A stretch of DNA of 64,000 nt from an uncultured Gammaproteobacteria bacterium (GTDB lineage: Bacteria; Pseudomonadota; Gammaproteobacteria; UBA9214), in assembly GCA_963827755.1 (NCBI GenBank), contig CAWHCQ010000011.1:32001-96000 (forward strand), written 5' to 3'. The translations under genes and the position numbers were made by a program. Of this stretch, positions 31,756 through 42,214 are shown piece after piece. Within the stretch, counting starts at the first letter, position 1. Each line of letters starts with the position of its first letter. The notes beneath the pieces were generated by a model. It was given only the letters and a program-made list of their open reading frames with translations. It did not search any database and had not been told where the DNA came from.

Positions 31756-33804
31756 CTAGAAGGTTGCACTCAGGCGCAGCCAGTATTCGCGCCCAGGCTC
31801 ATTGACCTGCACGGCATCCGGATTGAATGGATCGACATTGGCCTTGTTGACGTGGTAGGCATAAGCGCGATCAAAGACATTGTTGACGCCGGCGGCCAGT
31901 GAAAAATGTTCTGCACCTTCATAGCGGCTGAACAGATCGAGCGTGGCCCAGCCGGGTGTCTTGCCGGCATCCTGGCCGCTGTCCGTGGCGGGGTCGTCCT
32001 CGACACGGCCCTGTCTTGCCTCGGCACGCACCAGGCCACCGAGGTTCCAGTCGCCGCGGGTGTATTCCAGGCTGAGGCTGCCGCCGAGCGGCGGGGTCTG
32101 GGCGATCGGCCGGTTGTCATCGGTATTTTCTGCATGCACATAGGCCAGCGTGGCGCGGCTCGACCAGTGCGGACGCCCAGCGGATGCCGGCCTCGATCTC
32201 GAAGCCGTAGAGTTCCGCGTCGACGTTGCGGTAGATGCTGGCATTGTCACCGGGCATGTGAAAGCGGTCCCTGAGGATATAGTCGCTGACATCGTTGTAA
32301 TAGATCGAGGCGCCGGTGTCCCAGCGACCGGCATCACGGCTGTAACCCAGCTCCAGCTGGTGATGGGCTTCCGGGTCCAGGTCGGGGTTGCCGGCCCAGC
32401 GCATGCCGGACATCATGGCCGGGGCGTCCGCGGCGATATAACGCTCGGTGGCATCGGCCGTGCGCACCGTCCGGCTCAGCGTGGCATAGACCGCGGCGCC
32501 GGGGTTGAGCGTGTGTTCCAGGGTAACGAAGCCGCCGACATTGTTTTCGCTGCTGTCGGTGCCGGTGGCGCCATTGTAGTCGAGGTACATCTGGTCGGGG
32601 CTGCGCAGCATCGGTTTGTCGCCGGCCCGGTCTGCCGAGGCCTCGACATGATCATAGCGGATGCCGGCCTTGAGGCTGTCCCTGTCGGTGAGCGGCCTGG
32701 TGAACTCGGCAAACAGGCCGGTCTGTTGCAGGTCGACATCCGGCCAGATGATGGACTGCAGGGTGCTGAGCGTGGCGCCGGCAAAACGGTCGGCATCACG
32801 GTTGTTCTTCTGGTAGTCGGCGCCCACGGTCCAGACCATGCCGTTGCCGGCATGGATTTCACCGCTCATCCGGCCGCCGCCGGTATCCGAGCTGCTGGGG
32901 GTTTCCATTTTCATCGGGATCGCGGCTGAGCGGCCGCAGCGAAAAGTTGTTCATCAGGTGATCGATGTTCCGAGTAGTACACCTCGGCCTTGACGCCGGC
33001 AAAGATTCCCAGGGGTGTCGCCGCTTTCGAACTTGAGCCGCGTGGTGTCGTTGTCGCTGTAGGGCGCAGTCCATCCCGGCCCCGGCGAACAGGACATCCT
33101 CTTCGCGGTTGGCCTCGAAAGACAGTTCCAGCCGGGTATCGTCGCTCGGGGTATAACCGAGAATGACGACACCCTCCTTGTTGGTGTAGGCGGAGCGGAC
33201 GGTGTTGCCGTCACCGTCTTCGTAATTGTTGGCATCGGTGTAGTCGACGATGCCGCGCACGAACCAGTCCCGGTTGCCGGCAGCGACGTCGGCACCATAC
33301 TGTTGAGTTTCGGAATTGCCCATGTAACCGGCAGAGGCTTCTGCCCGGAACGGCTCATCCGCGGTGAAGCGCGGTGTGCGGCGTTCAAACAGCACGGTCC
33401 CGCCCGGGCCACCGCCACCGTAGGACTACGGACTGTGAGCCCTTGATGACAATGATGTTGTCATAGCTGTTCATCGAGGAGTAGGCCGTGGGCGGGTCCA
33501 TGCGGTTCGGGCAACCGCCGTGGACATAGGCCCCGTCCAGCAGGATATTCAGGCGGTTATTGCTTTGACCACGGATAATCGGGTCGATGCCGCGCCCGCC
33601 CTGGCGAATGCCGGAGATGCCGGGAATATTGCGCAGCAGTTCACCGCCGTCACTGACAGGCGCCAACTCGATCTCTTCGGGCTGGAAGGTCCGGATGGCC
33701 GGTGCGGGCAGTGCCGCGTCCTCCACCAGGATCACCGGGTCAGCCGCCAGCAGGCCGGTGGAGGGAAATAGCAGGAGCAATACATAAAAAAAGTTTTTTT
33801 TCAT
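31756..33804 (-). pseudogene. oprC: TonB-dependent copper receptor (OprC-like) broken by six +1 frameshifts; probably intact in vivo
   Basis: HGGCPNRMDPPTAY plug motif, Met-rich loops, C-terminal EPGREYWLRLSATF; spread over ORFs 33385-33804, 32859-33395, 32954-33418, 32117-32914, 31756-32337. Confidence 0.8.
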
Positions 33805-33988
33805 CAGTCTTTTCCAGTGGTGTCAGGCTGAAGAGAGAGCTTTGGTTGAGCGCGCAACGGATGAACCGGCGCCAGGCAGGCGTAGTTTAAGACGGCCGCA
33901 GTGGTTTGGGGTGTGACATAAGGTCGCACGTGCAGCAGGCAAGGCATATACACAGCACTGCTGTGCAGGTTTATTCCCGGGCAGGCAT

Positions 33989-34013
33989 AAAAAAAGCCCG
34001 CGTTTTGCGGGCT
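33989..34013 (-). terminator. Intrinsic terminator after fimT-like gene
   Basis: AGCCCGC-aaaac-GCGGGCTTTTTTT on minus strand. Confidence 0.8.
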
Positions 34014-34038
34014 ATCCGGTCGGGGCAGGGCGTGTGCG

Positions 34039-34596
34039 TCAGGGTGTGCAGCTGTCGATGTTGTTTGCCTGCATTGCCGGCGAGCCTGACAGCGGTATCG
34101 TGATCTGCCGGCCGTAGGCATTACCCCGATCATCACACAATGCCATGATTGCCGTGCAGCCTTCATCAAGTGTTCCCGACGGGTTTATTTCCAGGTTATT
34201 GCTCCAGGTCATGCTGGTGCGCAGCCGGACACCGCGCAGTGCGGGCTGGCCACGGCGCAACAGCGTGTCGCTGCCGGCCTGGTAGGTGTTGTTGCCGTCT
34301 TCGCCGGTAAAAACGAGATAGCCCGTTGACCAGTCCTGCGCGCTGCCGCCACAGGCCGGCGCGGCACTGTTCGGGGCGTCAGAACGGCACATGATGATGG
34401 GTACGTGGCGTTTTGCTGCCTCGCTGCGCGCCAGGTCTATATCGGCGACGATCGCGTTGAGTTGGCCCTCCAGGCGTTTGTCCTTGATCGTGTTGGAGAC
34501 GCCGGGCACGGCGGCGGAGAGCAGGATGGCAATCAGGCCCATGCTGATCATGAGTTCAGCAAGGGTAAAGCCGTGGATTTTACCGTGTGTTTCCAT
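34039..34596 (-). CDS. FimT/GspH-family minor (pseudo)pilin
   Basis: Class III signal G|FTLAELM, hydrophobic helix, ARSEA motif, DWSTGYLVF. Confidence 0.85.
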   Translation of the reverse strand: METHGKIHGFTLAELMISMGLIAILLSAAVPGVSNTIKDKRLEGQLNAIVADIDLARSEAAKRHVPIIMCRSDAPNSAAPACGGSAQDWSTGYLVFTGEDGNNTYQAGSDTLLRRGQPALRGVRLRTSMTWSNNLEINPSGTLDEGCTAIMALCDDRGNAYGRQITIPLSGSPAMQANNIDSCTP

Positions 34597-34716
34597 CGCG
34601 AGACCTGCAGCGCTGATTATTGCTGACTGTATCGGCCACCACGGCGTTTGCTGAACCCGGGCAGGTGCCTGCGAGATGTCTGTCCTGTGCGCCGGACAGG
34701 CCTTGCCATTCCCTGT

Positions 34717-35556
34717 TTAGATCGTAAATAACATAGATAAATCAACGGCCTGAATATTCTTTGTGAGTGAACCAATCGAAATATAGTCCACGCCCGTGAG
34801 GGCGATATCGCGCACGTTGTCGATGGTTATCCCGCCGGAGGCCTCCAGTTCGGTGCGCCCGCCTGCCTGGCGGACGGCCTCGTTGAGGGCGTCGAGGCTG
34901 AAATTATCCAGCAACAGGCGCTCGGCGCCGGCCTCGAGCGCCGCCGTGATCTGCTGCCTGTTTTCGACCTCGATTTCGACCGCCATCCCCGGGTTCACAC
35001 GGCGTGCATTGTTGACGGCCTGCGCAATGGAGCCGGCCGCGGTGATGTGGTTTTCCTTGATCAGTATGCCGTCGTAAAGCCCGCTGCGATGATTGTGGCA
35101 GCCACCGCTGCGCACTGCATATTTCTGTGCCTGGCGCAGTCCGGGGATGGTCTTGCGGGTATCGAGGATTTTAACCGGCAGGTCGGCAACCCTGTCGGCA
35201 TAGCGCCGTGCAAGCGTTGCCGTTGCCGACAGGGTCTGCAGGAAATTAAGCGCGGTGCGTTCACCGGCCAGCAGCGGGCGGGCGGGTCCCGTGAGGCTGC
35301 AGAGCAACTGGTCCCTGTCGACAGGATGGCCGTCATGAATTTCCCAGTCTATCCGGATGCTGCTGTCGAGTTCCGCAAACACGGCATTGAACCAGGCCAT
35401 GCCGCAGAGGATGGCCGGCTCACGGCTGATAACCCGGGCGGTTGCGATGGTCCCTTCGGGGATCAGCCTGGCGGTAATGTCGCCGCTGCCGACATCCTCT
35501 GCCAGTGCTTCGCGCACACTGTGCAGCAGGTTTTCATCGAGTTTTTCGAGCAGCAT
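34717..35556 (-). CDS. nadC: Nicotinate-nucleotide diphosphorylase (carboxylating)
   Basis: ERTALNFLQ, DTRKTIPGLR, LIKENH, LLDNF, EASGGI. Confidence 0.96.
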   Translation of the reverse strand: MLLEKLDENLLHSVREALAEDVGSGDITARLIPEGTIATARVISREPAILCGMAWFNAVFAELDSSIRIDWEIHDGHPVDRDQLLCSLTGPARPLLAGERTALNFLQTLSATATLARRYADRVADLPVKILDTRKTIPGLRQAQKYAVRSGGCHNHRSGLYDGILIKENHITAAGSIAQAVNNARRVNPGMAVEIEVENRQQITAALEAGAERLLLDNFSLDALNEAVRQAGGRTELEASGGITIDNVRDIALTGVDYISIGSLTKNIQAVDLSMLFTI

Positions 35557-35907
35557 TCAGGTCGATATTTCCAGCAGTTCAATCTCGAAAATCAGGGTGG
35601 CATCCGGTGGTATCACGTTACCGGCACCCCGCGACCCGTAACCGAGTTCGGAGGGAATCACGAGACGCCGGATTCCGCCAACCTGCATGCCCTTGACCCC
35701 TTCGTCCCACCCGGGAATGACGAACTGGCAGTCCAGCGGAAAACTGAAGGGTTCATTACGATCAACACTGGAATCAAACTTGGTGTTGTCTTCCAGCCAG
35801 CCGGTGTAGTGCACGATGACGGTTTGTCCCTTGCCCGTGGCGGTTTCGCCGTCGCCGGTTTTAATGTCGGTGTAACGCAGTCCGGAGTCGGTTGTAATTT
35901 CAGTCAT
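35557..35907 (-). CDS. FKBP-type peptidyl-prolyl isomerase
   Basis: VHYTGWL, FDSS, VIPGWDEG, GYG, IPPDATLIFEIELL. Confidence 0.93.
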   Translation of the reverse strand: MTEITTDSGLRYTDIKTGDGETATGKGQTVIVHYTGWLEDNTKFDSSVDRNEPFSFPLDCQFVIPGWDEGVKGMQVGGIRRLVIPSELGYGSRGAGNVIPPDATLIFEIELLEIST

Positions 35908-36065
35908 ATCGATTGCCTCGGTGTAAATTTCTGGTTGGTATTTCTGTAAACGTTGTAACTTCTCACGCAAAGGCGTAGTCATGCAGGCCTGAAGGAGCCG
36001 GAATCCGGGCTGCGTCGCTTGCGATCTTTGCATCCTGGCGAGGGTTCCTGATTCCCGGTTAGATG

Positions 36066-37433
36066 CTACCCGGTTCTTGTCTGCGGCCGGGAGAAATAGT
36101 CATCTTTCAGCTTCTTCACCAGGCCAGCCAGTAGTATCAGGCCCAGCAGGTTCGGTATGGCCATCAGGATATTGGTGACGTCGGCAATGTTCCACACCAG
36201 GTTGAGCGGCACACCGGCGCCAATCACGACCAGGATGGTATACAACACCCGGTAGGGGAGAACGGCGCGTTCGCCAAACAGGAAATAGGCCGAACGATCA
36301 CCGTAATAGGACCAGGCAATAATGGTTGAATAGGCGAACAGGGTCAGGCCGCCACCGACCACCCAGGCACCGGCATCGCCAAGCGAACTGCCGAAGGCGT
36401 GGGCGGTCAGTGCGGCACCTTTGAGTGTTTCACTGCTTTCCTGCCAGGCCCCGCTGACCACGATAACGAGGCCGGTCATGGTGCAGATGACCAGCGTATC
36501 GATGAAGGGTTCCATCATGGCCACCAGTCCCTCGCGCACCGGCTCGTTGGTGCGTGCCGCGGCGTGGGCCATCGGCGATGAGCCGAGACCGGCCTCGTTC
36601 GAGAACAGCCCGCGCGCCACTCCCCAGCGGATGGCCTCGCCGACGGCCGCGCCGCCAACCGACCAGGGATTCAGTGCCAGCTTGAAGATCAGGGCAAACG
36701 CCGCCGGAATTTCAGCGGCATGATTGATCAGCACCAGCAGGGCGGCGCTGATGTAGAGGATGGCCATGAAGGGCACGATGGTGCTGGCGACGCGTGCAAT
36801 ACGCTTCACACCGCCGAGGATGACGAGCCCGACCAGGGTGGCGAGAACGCAGCCGACCAGCCAGCGCAGGGAATGCAGCTCCGGAAAGATATAGGAAAGC
36901 CCGTCGATCACGGAATTGGCCTGCACCATGTTGCCGATGCCAAACGAGGCAACCAGTGCAAAGATGGCAAACAGGCCCGCGGTGCGCCGCATGTTCAGTC
37001 CATGCAGCAGGGTGTACATGGGGCCGCCCGCGACTTCGCCATCCCTGGACACCTGGCGAAATTGCAGTGACAGGGTGCACTCGACAAACTTGGTGGCCAT
37101 GCCGAAAACGGCCGTGACCCACATCCAGAAGAGGGCGCCCGGCCCGCCCAGCGTGATGGCGGTGGCGACACCGGCAATATTCCCGGTGCCGACCGTGGCG
37201 GACAATGCCGTGGACAGGGCCTGGAAGTGTGTCACTTCGCCGCTGTCGGTTATACAGCTGTATTTGCCGGTAATCAGGTGCAGCGAGTGACGGAAGCCGC
37301 GCACCTGGATCAGGCCCATGCGCACCGTCAGGTAGCAGCCGGTGCCGAGCAGCACCAGCAGGGTGACCGGATTGCCCCATAAAAGACCGGACAGCCGGCC
37401 GCTCCAGTCTGTCAGCTGCTGGATTATATCCAC
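36066..37433 (-). CDS. Sodium:alanine/glycine symporter (AGCS family)
   Basis: ATVGTGNIAGVA, GGPGALFWMW, RGLFSNEAGLGS, FIDTLVICT. Confidence 0.92.
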   Translation of the reverse strand: MDIIQQLTDWSGRLSGLLWGNPVTLLVLLGTGCYLTVRMGLIQVRGFRHSLHLITGKYSCITDSGEVTHFQALSTALSATVGTGNIAGVATAITLGGPGALFWMWVTAVFGMATKFVECTLSLQFRQVSRDGEVAGGPMYTLLHGLNMRRTAGLFAIFALVASFGIGNMVQANSVIDGLSYIFPELHSLRWLVGCVLATLVGLVILGGVKRIARVASTIVPFMAILYISAALLVLINHAAEIPAAFALIFKLALNPWSVGGAAVGEAIRWGVARGLFSNEAGLGSSPMAHAAARTNEPVREGLVAMMEPFIDTLVICTMTGLVIVVSGAWQESSETLKGAALTAHAFGSSLGDAGAWVVGGGLTLFAYSTIIAWSYYGDRSAYFLFGERAVLPYRVLYTILVVIGAGVPLNLVWNIADVTNILMAIPNLLGLILLAGLVKKLKDDYFSRPQTRTG

Positions 37434-37445
37434 AACCCTTTCTCC

Positions 37446-37980
37446 TTATTGTGCATATTTCAGTGTCAGTGTATTGCCCTGCTGTTTAAAGTCCAGCTGC
37501 TTGAGAAAGCTCATGCCAAGCAGGACGGAATCACCTTTGACATGCGGATTGATACTGGCGCGCACCGGCCCAAGCCGCAGCGGGCCGAGCTGGATTTCAT
37601 CGGCGATGGTTTGCCAGGCGCTGATGGTGCCGTTGGCTGTTTGATAATTGACCCGCCTGCCGCGTTTCAGTCCCAGCCTGTCGGCGATACTCGCCGGAAT
37701 GGAGACGTCGGTCGCGCCGGTATCGAGCATGAACTCGACCGGCTGCCCGTTGATTGTACCGCTGGCCACATAGTGTCCATAGCGGTTGCGTTGCAGGCTG
37801 GATCTCGGGAATTTCATCGTCCGCCGTTGTACTCGACATCTGCCGGTTGGGATTGCGTTGCTGCTCCAGGCGGTCATTGAAAAACCAGGTGAGCAGGACC
37901 AGCAGTAGTATCCACGCGGCAATAATCATCCCCTTGCCGATGTGCTGTGACTGCCTGTCCTGTTTATCCGGTGTATTCAT
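37446..37980 (-). CDS. Membrane-anchored clan AA (TIGR02281-type) aspartic protease, one +1 frameshift near 37800
   Basis: N-terminal TM in one frame; RNRYGHY, FMLDTGAT, TANG, LLGMSFL in the next frame. Confidence 0.8.
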
Positions 37981-38049
37981 TGACACGCTACCCGTATGTT
38001 TCATTGCTGTCCCGTTAAAATCCGATTCCACGCCGGTACCAGCAGCGAC

Positions 38050-38119
38050 CTGTAGGAGCGCTTCTCAAGCGCGATCATTCTGTGCGAGATTCTATCGCGC
38101 TTGAGAAGCGCTCCTGCAG
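38050..38119. repeat. GTAG-type REP doublet
   Basis: CTGTAGGAGCGCTTCTCAAGCGCGAT ... ATCGCGCTTGAGAAGCGCTCCTGCAG. Confidence 0.85.
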
Positions 38120-38134
38120 TCAATACGTAATATT

Positions 38135-39293
38135 TCATGCCTGGTAAACCAGCCGCAGGCCGGCGAATATGTGGCGCTTGTCCGCCTGGTAGAAAGTTTC
38201 TGAAACTGGCGCGCTTCAGCGCCGGCCGTGTGTACAGGCTGCCGCCGCGCAGGGTGTAGTGCCTGCCATCGAACCAGGCCTGCGAGTATTCCGGGTAGGG
38301 AAACGGCGTGAAGCCCTGGTAGGGATAAAACGGGTTGGCGCACCATTCCCATGCGCGCCCGCTATCTTCCAGCTGCTGCAGGCGGCAGGCCACTTCCCAC
38401 TGGTGTTCATGGGGCAATTGACCGCCGGCCCACCCGGCATAGGCCTGTGCTTCATACAAGGAGATGCCCTGCAGCACATCATCGCCATGCAGGTCGTAAG
38501 CGCCACGCAGCCCGGTGCCATACCAGGCACCGGCGGCATCCCTGCGCCAGTGTTGCGGGGCTGTAATATTCTCCTGTTCCAGCCACGCCCGGCCGGCATC
38601 ACTCCACAGGTCACGCCGGGAATAGCCGCCGGCCTCGATAAAGGCAAGGAACTCGGCGTTGCACACCGGCCTGCGCGCGATGCGGTAAGGCCCCAGCGTT
38701 GCCTGTTGTGGTGGAAGCTCGTTGTCACAGGCCAGCGGCGCCTTGCCGCCAACCCGGTAATGTCCCGCGTCGATGTGGCAGGTTTCGGCAGCAGGCTCCC
38801 TTGCCAGCAGTGGATTGCCGACGCGGTGGTCGGGTGCTGCAGCCGCCAGTGCCTGCTGGGTCAGCACCATCATCATGTTCTCGTAGTGCTGGTTGTAATG
38901 CTGGAGGAGGAAATGTACCAGGTAATTATCCTGCATGAGCGGGTGTTCGCTGATGCAGGCGTCGGGCGCTGCAAGGGTTTCATGATTCATTGCTCGCATT
39001 TCATGCGCCCATTGCAGCATGACTTCCGGGCCCGGTATTTTTCTTCCGCGTTCTGCTTTCGGGGTAAGCGGGGGTGTATACAGCTCCCGCAGCGGCGCCG
39101 TCAGGCGGCTGTCCTGCCGGACAACCTCCTGTAGCCAGTAACACTCGGTATAGATGCAGTGTCCCAGGTGCCAGCCCAGCGGGCTCAGTTCGGGGTGGAA
39201 CTGTTTCCGGAAACTGTCTTCATCCGGTTGTTCGGCCAGCGCCGTGACGAGGTCCTGCGCATTGCGCAGTTCATCGAGTAACCCGGCGTTCAC
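38135..39293 (-). CDS. EgtB/SUMF1-family non-heme iron sulfoxide synthase-like protein (DinB + FGE-sulfatase domains); +1 frameshift near 38194
   Basis: SPLGWHLGH, QHYNQHYE, WEW, FPYPEYS; corrected C-terminus RNFYQADKRHIFAGLRL. Confidence 0.8.
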
Positions 39294-40069
39294 AGTGCCT
39301 GCAACTCGGGCGGGTCGTCCGGGTCAAGCACCAGGATATGGTGTTCCGGCACCGGCTGCCAGAAGCCGGTTTCCGAGAAGCGTTCCGAGGCAAGCAATTG
39401 CCCGCCCGGAAACAGTTCATCATCGGTGGTGTAATACAGGGACGGGCATTCATGGTTGAGGCCATGCCGGGCGGCATAGAGGCGCTCGCCATTCGAGACG
39501 ATGATGTTCAGCAGTGCCGGCTGTTCATCGACCCAGCCATCCAGCAGCCTGAACAGCTTGCGAATCGCGGCGGGCACGTCGGCTTTTGCGTGTTTGTAAA
39601 GCAGCTGGCAGAGCAGTATGAACAGGTATTCGGAATCCGTATTTCCACGCAGCTTCGCGATACTCCCGGGTGACAGAAAGCGCAGTATTTCCGGGACGAG
39701 CTGCGTATGGAAATCACCGATAAAGCCGTTGTGCACAAACAGGTATTGCCCGTCGCTGAAAGGCGCCGTGTTGAACGTGTGTACCGGGTGACCTTCGGTT
39801 GCACTGCGAACCTCGGCAACCCAGAGCGGCTCGCAAAGCGTGGCGGCGAGGGCGGGCAGGTTGTGGTCCGACCAGATCGGTGAGGTAGAGGTGTAGGTGG
39901 ATGCAAGCTTCTCGCTGTTATACCAGCCAAAGCCGTAACCGTCGGCATTCAGCAGGGTGTACTTCAGCTCTTTTGGTTCCCAGGACTGTTTGTACAGGCT
40001 GTGTGGCGGGTCGAGCAAAAACTGTTGCAGTGGAATGGCGGGTCCCAGGTAGGCGGCTAGTCTGCACAT
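39290..40069 (-). CDS. egtC: EgtC-like class II glutamine amidotransferase (Ntn hydrolase)
   Basis: MCRLAAYLG, NADGYGFGWY, PIWSD, VRSAT, HNG, GNTDSE. Confidence 0.78.
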   Translation of the reverse strand: MCRLAAYLGPAIPLQQFLLDPPHSLYKQSWEPKELKYTLLNADGYGFGWYNSEKLASTYTSTSPIWSDHNLPALAATLCEPLWVAEVRSATEGHPVHTFNTAPFSDGQYLFVHNGFIGDFHTQLVPEILRFLSPGSIAKLRGNTDSEYLFILLCQLLYKHAKADVPAAIRKLFRLLDGWVDEQPALLNIIVSNGERLYAARHGLNHECPSLYYTTDDELFPGGQLLASERFSETGFWQPVPEHHILVLDPDDPPELQAL

Positions 40070-40131
40070 GATATCCCCCGGTGTGGCATCAGCGTTGCCG
40101 CTGCTGCCGGAAATTGCCCAAGTGTACGTAT

Positions 40132-41034
40132 TCAGGCAAGCAGAAACTCGAGCAGTGCCTTTTGGGCATGCAGCCTGTTTTCTGCCTCGTCCCATACTAC
40201 GCTCTGCGGACCGTCGATCACATCTGCCGAGACTTCCTCGCCCCGGTGCGCCGGCAGGCAATGCATGAATAATGCGTCTTTGGCAGCTGCCTTCATGATG
40301 TCTGAATCGACCTGGTAATCTGCAAAGGCCCTGGCGCGCTTTGCCTGTTCTTCCTCCTGTCCCATGCTGGCCCATACGTCGGTCACCACCAGGTCGGCAC
40401 CGGCTGCAGCATCTGTCGCAGAACCCGCCTGGACAATACGTGGCCCGGCGGCCTCGAGTATTTCCCGGTCCGGTTCGTAACCTTCCGGGCAGGCGATGTG
40501 CAGCTTGAAGTCGAACTGTCGGGCTGCATTGATATAGGAATGGCACATGTTATTGCCGTCCCCGATCCAGGCGACGGTTTTGCCGCGGATGTCGCCGCGC
40601 CGTTCATACCAGGTTTGCATGTCAGCGAGCAGCTGGCAGGGGTGATACCTGTCAGTAAGGGCGTTGATGATCGGCACCTGTGAAAATTCAGCAAAGCGTT
40701 CGATCTTCTCGTGTTCGAATGTCCTGATCATGATGACATCTGACATGCGTGACAGGACGCGAGCCGAGTCTTCAATCGTTTCACCACGGCCAAGTTGAGT
40801 GTCGCGGGGTGACAAAAATACTGCATGTCCGCCAAGTTGAGCCATGCCGACTTCAAAGGACATGCGCGTACGTGTCGATGATTTCTCGAACACCATGGCC
40901 AGCACGCGGTGCTTGCATGTTTCATCGTACTTGCCGGCGGTATTCAAGGCCTTGAGTTCAACGGCGCGTTTTATCAGTCCGTCCAGTTCATCGGCAGACA
41001 GATCGAGGAGTGTCAGAAAATTCCGGATACCCAT
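40132..41034 (-). CDS. argF: Ornithine carbamoyltransferase
   Basis: [27 protein letters not shown]. Confidence 0.97.
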   Translation of the reverse strand: MGIRNFLTLLDLSADELDGLIKRAVELKALNTAGKYDETCKHRVLAMVFEKSSTRTRMSFEVGMAQLGGHAVFLSPRDTQLGRGETIEDSARVLSRMSDVIMIRTFEHEKIERFAEFSQVPIINALTDRYHPCQLLADMQTWYERRGDIRGKTVAWIGDGNNMCHSYINAARQFDFKLHIACPEGYEPDREILEAAGPRIVQAGSATDAAAGADLVVTDVWASMGQEEEQAKRARAFADYQVDSDIMKAAAKDALFMHCLPAHRGEEVSADVIDGPQSVVWDEAENRLHAQKALLEFLLA

Positions 41035-41038
41035 GTGT

Positions 41039-42214
41039 TTATCCTTCGAGATGACCGCGTACCAGGTCGCTGACCTGTGCAACGAGTATGTCGGCCTGTT
41101 TCCCGGTCATTATCAAGGGCGGTAACAGGCGTATAACACGCTCGGCAGTGACGTTGATCAACAGCCCCTGCGAAAGGGCCATGCCGGGCAGTTCGCTGCA
41201 GGGTTGTTCGAGCTCGATACCAATCATCAAGCCAAGGCCGCGGACTTCGCTGATGCCTTTCACATCCTTCAGTGCAGTCCTGAAGCCATTCAGCAGTTGT
41301 TCTCCGAGTTTGCCCGCCCGGGTGACCAGCTTGTCCTGCTCCATGGTGTCCAGTACGGCCTGTGCCGCGCGGCAGGCAAGTGGATTACCGCCAAAGGTGG
41401 TGCCGTGACTGCCGGGTTGCATCATCTCAGCGGCCTTGCCGCGGGCCATGCAGGCGCCGATGGGTACACCGTTTCCGAGTGCTTTTGCAATTGTTACGAT
41501 ATCCGGCACGATGCCGGTGTGCTGGTGGGCAAACCATTTTCCTGTGCGACCCATGCCGGTCTGGATCTCATCGAGCATCATCAGCCAGCCGTTTTCGTCA
41601 CACAAGGCGCGAATGCCTTCAAGGTAGCCGGCGTCCGGGATATTGATGCCGCCTTCGCCCTGTACCGGTTCAACCAGTACCGCAACGGCATCGCTTTTGT
41701 TTGCAGCGACGGCCTCGATGGCCTGCAGGTCGTTGTACGGGACGCGGATGAAACCGCGCACCAGTGGTTCAAACCCGGCCTGCACCTTGCGGTTACCGGT
41801 TGCGGTAAGCGTGGCCAGGGTGCGCCCGTGGAAACTGTTCTCCATGACGATAATGGCGGGGCAGTCCACGCCCTTGCTGTGGCCGAACAGGCGGGCGATC
41901 TTGATCGCTGCCTCGTTGGATTCCGCCCCGGAGTTGGAGAAAAATACCCGGTCCATTTTTGCCAGACCACACAGGTGATCTGCAAGCTGTTCCTGCAGGG
42001 GGATGCCATACAGGTTGGAGGTGTGTACCAGCTTGCCGGCCTGGTCACTGATGGCCTGCGTCACTGCCGGGTGAGCATGGCCGAGTCCGCAGACTGCAAT
42101 ACCGCTGAGGGCATCCATGTACTGCCTGTTCTCGGTGTCCCACAGCCAGATGCCTTCACCACGCTCAAACTGGATGGGCAGGCGTTTGTAGGTCGACATA
42201 AGGTGATCAGCCAT
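41039..42214 (-). CDS. argD: Acetylornithine aminotransferase
   Basis: [37 protein letters not shown]. Confidence 0.93.
   Translation of the reverse strand: MADHLMSTYKRLPIQFERGEGIWLWDTENRQYMDALSGIAVCGLGHAHPAVTQAISDQAGKLVHTSNLYGIPLQEQLADHLCGLAKMDRVFFSNSGAESNEAAIKIARLFGHSKGVDCPAIIVMENSFHGRTLATLTATGNRKVQAGFEPLVRGFIRVPYNDLQAIEAVAANKSDAVAVLVEPVQGEGGINIPDAGYLEGIRALCDENGWLMMLDEIQTGMGRTGKWFAHQHTGIVPDIVTIAKALGNGVPIGACMARGKAAEMMQPGSHGTTFGGNPLACRAAQAVLDTMEQDKLVTRAGKLGEQLLNGFRTALKDVKGISEVRGLGLMIGIELEQPCSELPGMALSQGLLINVTAERVIRLLPPLIMTGKQADILVAQVSDLVRGHLEG

Noticed and set aside
38135-39293. Selenoneine (SenA) or ovothiol (OvoA) synthase assignment
   Set aside because: No senB/selD neighbours and no C-terminal methyltransferase domain; the adjacent egtC argues for an EgtB-like role
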